Below, in pieces: positions 5,516-6,073 of a stretch of DNA of 6,073 bases. Location: assembly GCA_027031765.1 (NCBI GenBank), contig JALVPN010000110.1, forward strand, positions 105,946 through 112,018, written 5' to 3'. How positions within the stretch are numbered: the first letter of the stretch is position 1; each line of letters starts with the position of its first letter. Source of the DNA: Promethearchaeota archaeon. Its GTDB lineage: Archaea; Asgardarchaeota; Thorarchaeia; Thorarchaeales; Thorarchaeaceae. The notes below the pieces were generated by a model. That model was not told where the DNA came from, did no database searches, and saw only the letters and a list, made by a program, of their open reading frames with translations. The translations under genes and the position numbers were made by a program.

Positions 5516-6073
5516 TCACTGTTCTGAGAAGATTATCCCCCGGATGGCCTTCAGGGTCTCAATGTACTCCTCCGACCCCATGGTGTACGTGTCTATCAGC
5601 CACTCGTAGATCCTCAGGAGCTCCCGGTCCGTGACATCCCCCCTGACCATCTTGGCTATGCGTTTGTGATGACGGACACGCATCCTGATACTCTTTGCCT
5701 GGAGCCTGACAAGCTCCTCCTTGTCCTCCTCAGTCAGCTCTATTGCGAACGCCCTGCATGTCCTCTCAATCCACTCCGTTGCCATCCGCATGGTCTCTGT
5801 CTTGTCCATGCCAGCAATGCCGGTGGCAATGACAAACCCCTTTGCCGTACGCCTGTAGTAGTCCGTTGTCCGTTTCCCCGTCCTCACGGTTCCGTACTTC
5901 ACTACGAACCCGGCATCAATCAGCCTGGGGAGGTGGTGGTATACCTGGTTCTTTGTGAGCGGTTCGCACCCCTCACACCTGCCTGACATCTTGACAATCT
6001 CTACTACCGACATGATGTTCCGCATGACGACCCGCTGCCGTATGACCCTCTCACCGGTCTCCTTGTTGTACTC
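5516..6073 (-). CDS. Winged helix-turn-helix (ArsR-like) transcriptional regulator with helical C-terminal domain; 5'-truncated by the window edge
   Basis: Recognition helix and wing: LTKNQVYHHLPRLIDAGFVVKYGTVRTGKRTTDYYRRTA. The frame stays open beyond the track ATG at 6025 to the window end (EYNKETGERVIRQRVV-MRNIM), so the true start is probably outside the window. Confidence 0.82.
   Translation of the reverse strand, partial: EYNKETGERVIRQRVVMRNIMSVVEIVKMSGRCEGCEPLTKNQVYHHLPRLIDAGFVVKYGTVRTGKRTTDYYRRTAKGFVIATGIAGMDKTETMRMATEWIERTCRAFAIELTEEDKEELVRLQAKSIRMRVRHHKRIAKMVRGDVTDRELLRIYEWLIDTYTMGSEEYIETLKAIRGIIFSEQ

Noticed and set aside
1-6073. tRNA, rRNA, CRISPR array, transposase or terminal inverted repeats
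   Set aside because: I saw no T-loop/cloverleaf pattern, regularly spaced repeat array or transposase motif in any frame.

Overview
GC-rich archaeal chromosomal window, most likely from an Asgard archaeon. The first profilin resembles my recollection of Thorarchaeota profilins, and the genes carry archaeal GGTGA/GGAGG ribosome-binding sites and TATA-like boxes; the lineage call is inference. Left to right: a + strand probable operon (5'-truncated DUF58/vWA protein, a multi-pass membrane protein with an E/R-rich tail, a DHH/DHHA1 phosphoesterase); a convergent - strand DUF167/YggU gene; two tandem, divergent profilin-like genes on +; a stand-alone Lrp/AsnC ligand-binding (RAM) domain on +; and a convergent, truncated winged-HTH regulator on -. 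The standout is the profilin pair. Copy 1 keeps the basic actin-contact residues. Copy 2 (about 29% identical by my hand alignment) has lost all three that I could map, including Arg->Asp at the human R74-equivalent site, and is strongly acidic. I saw no tRNA, rRNA, CRISPR array or mobile element.
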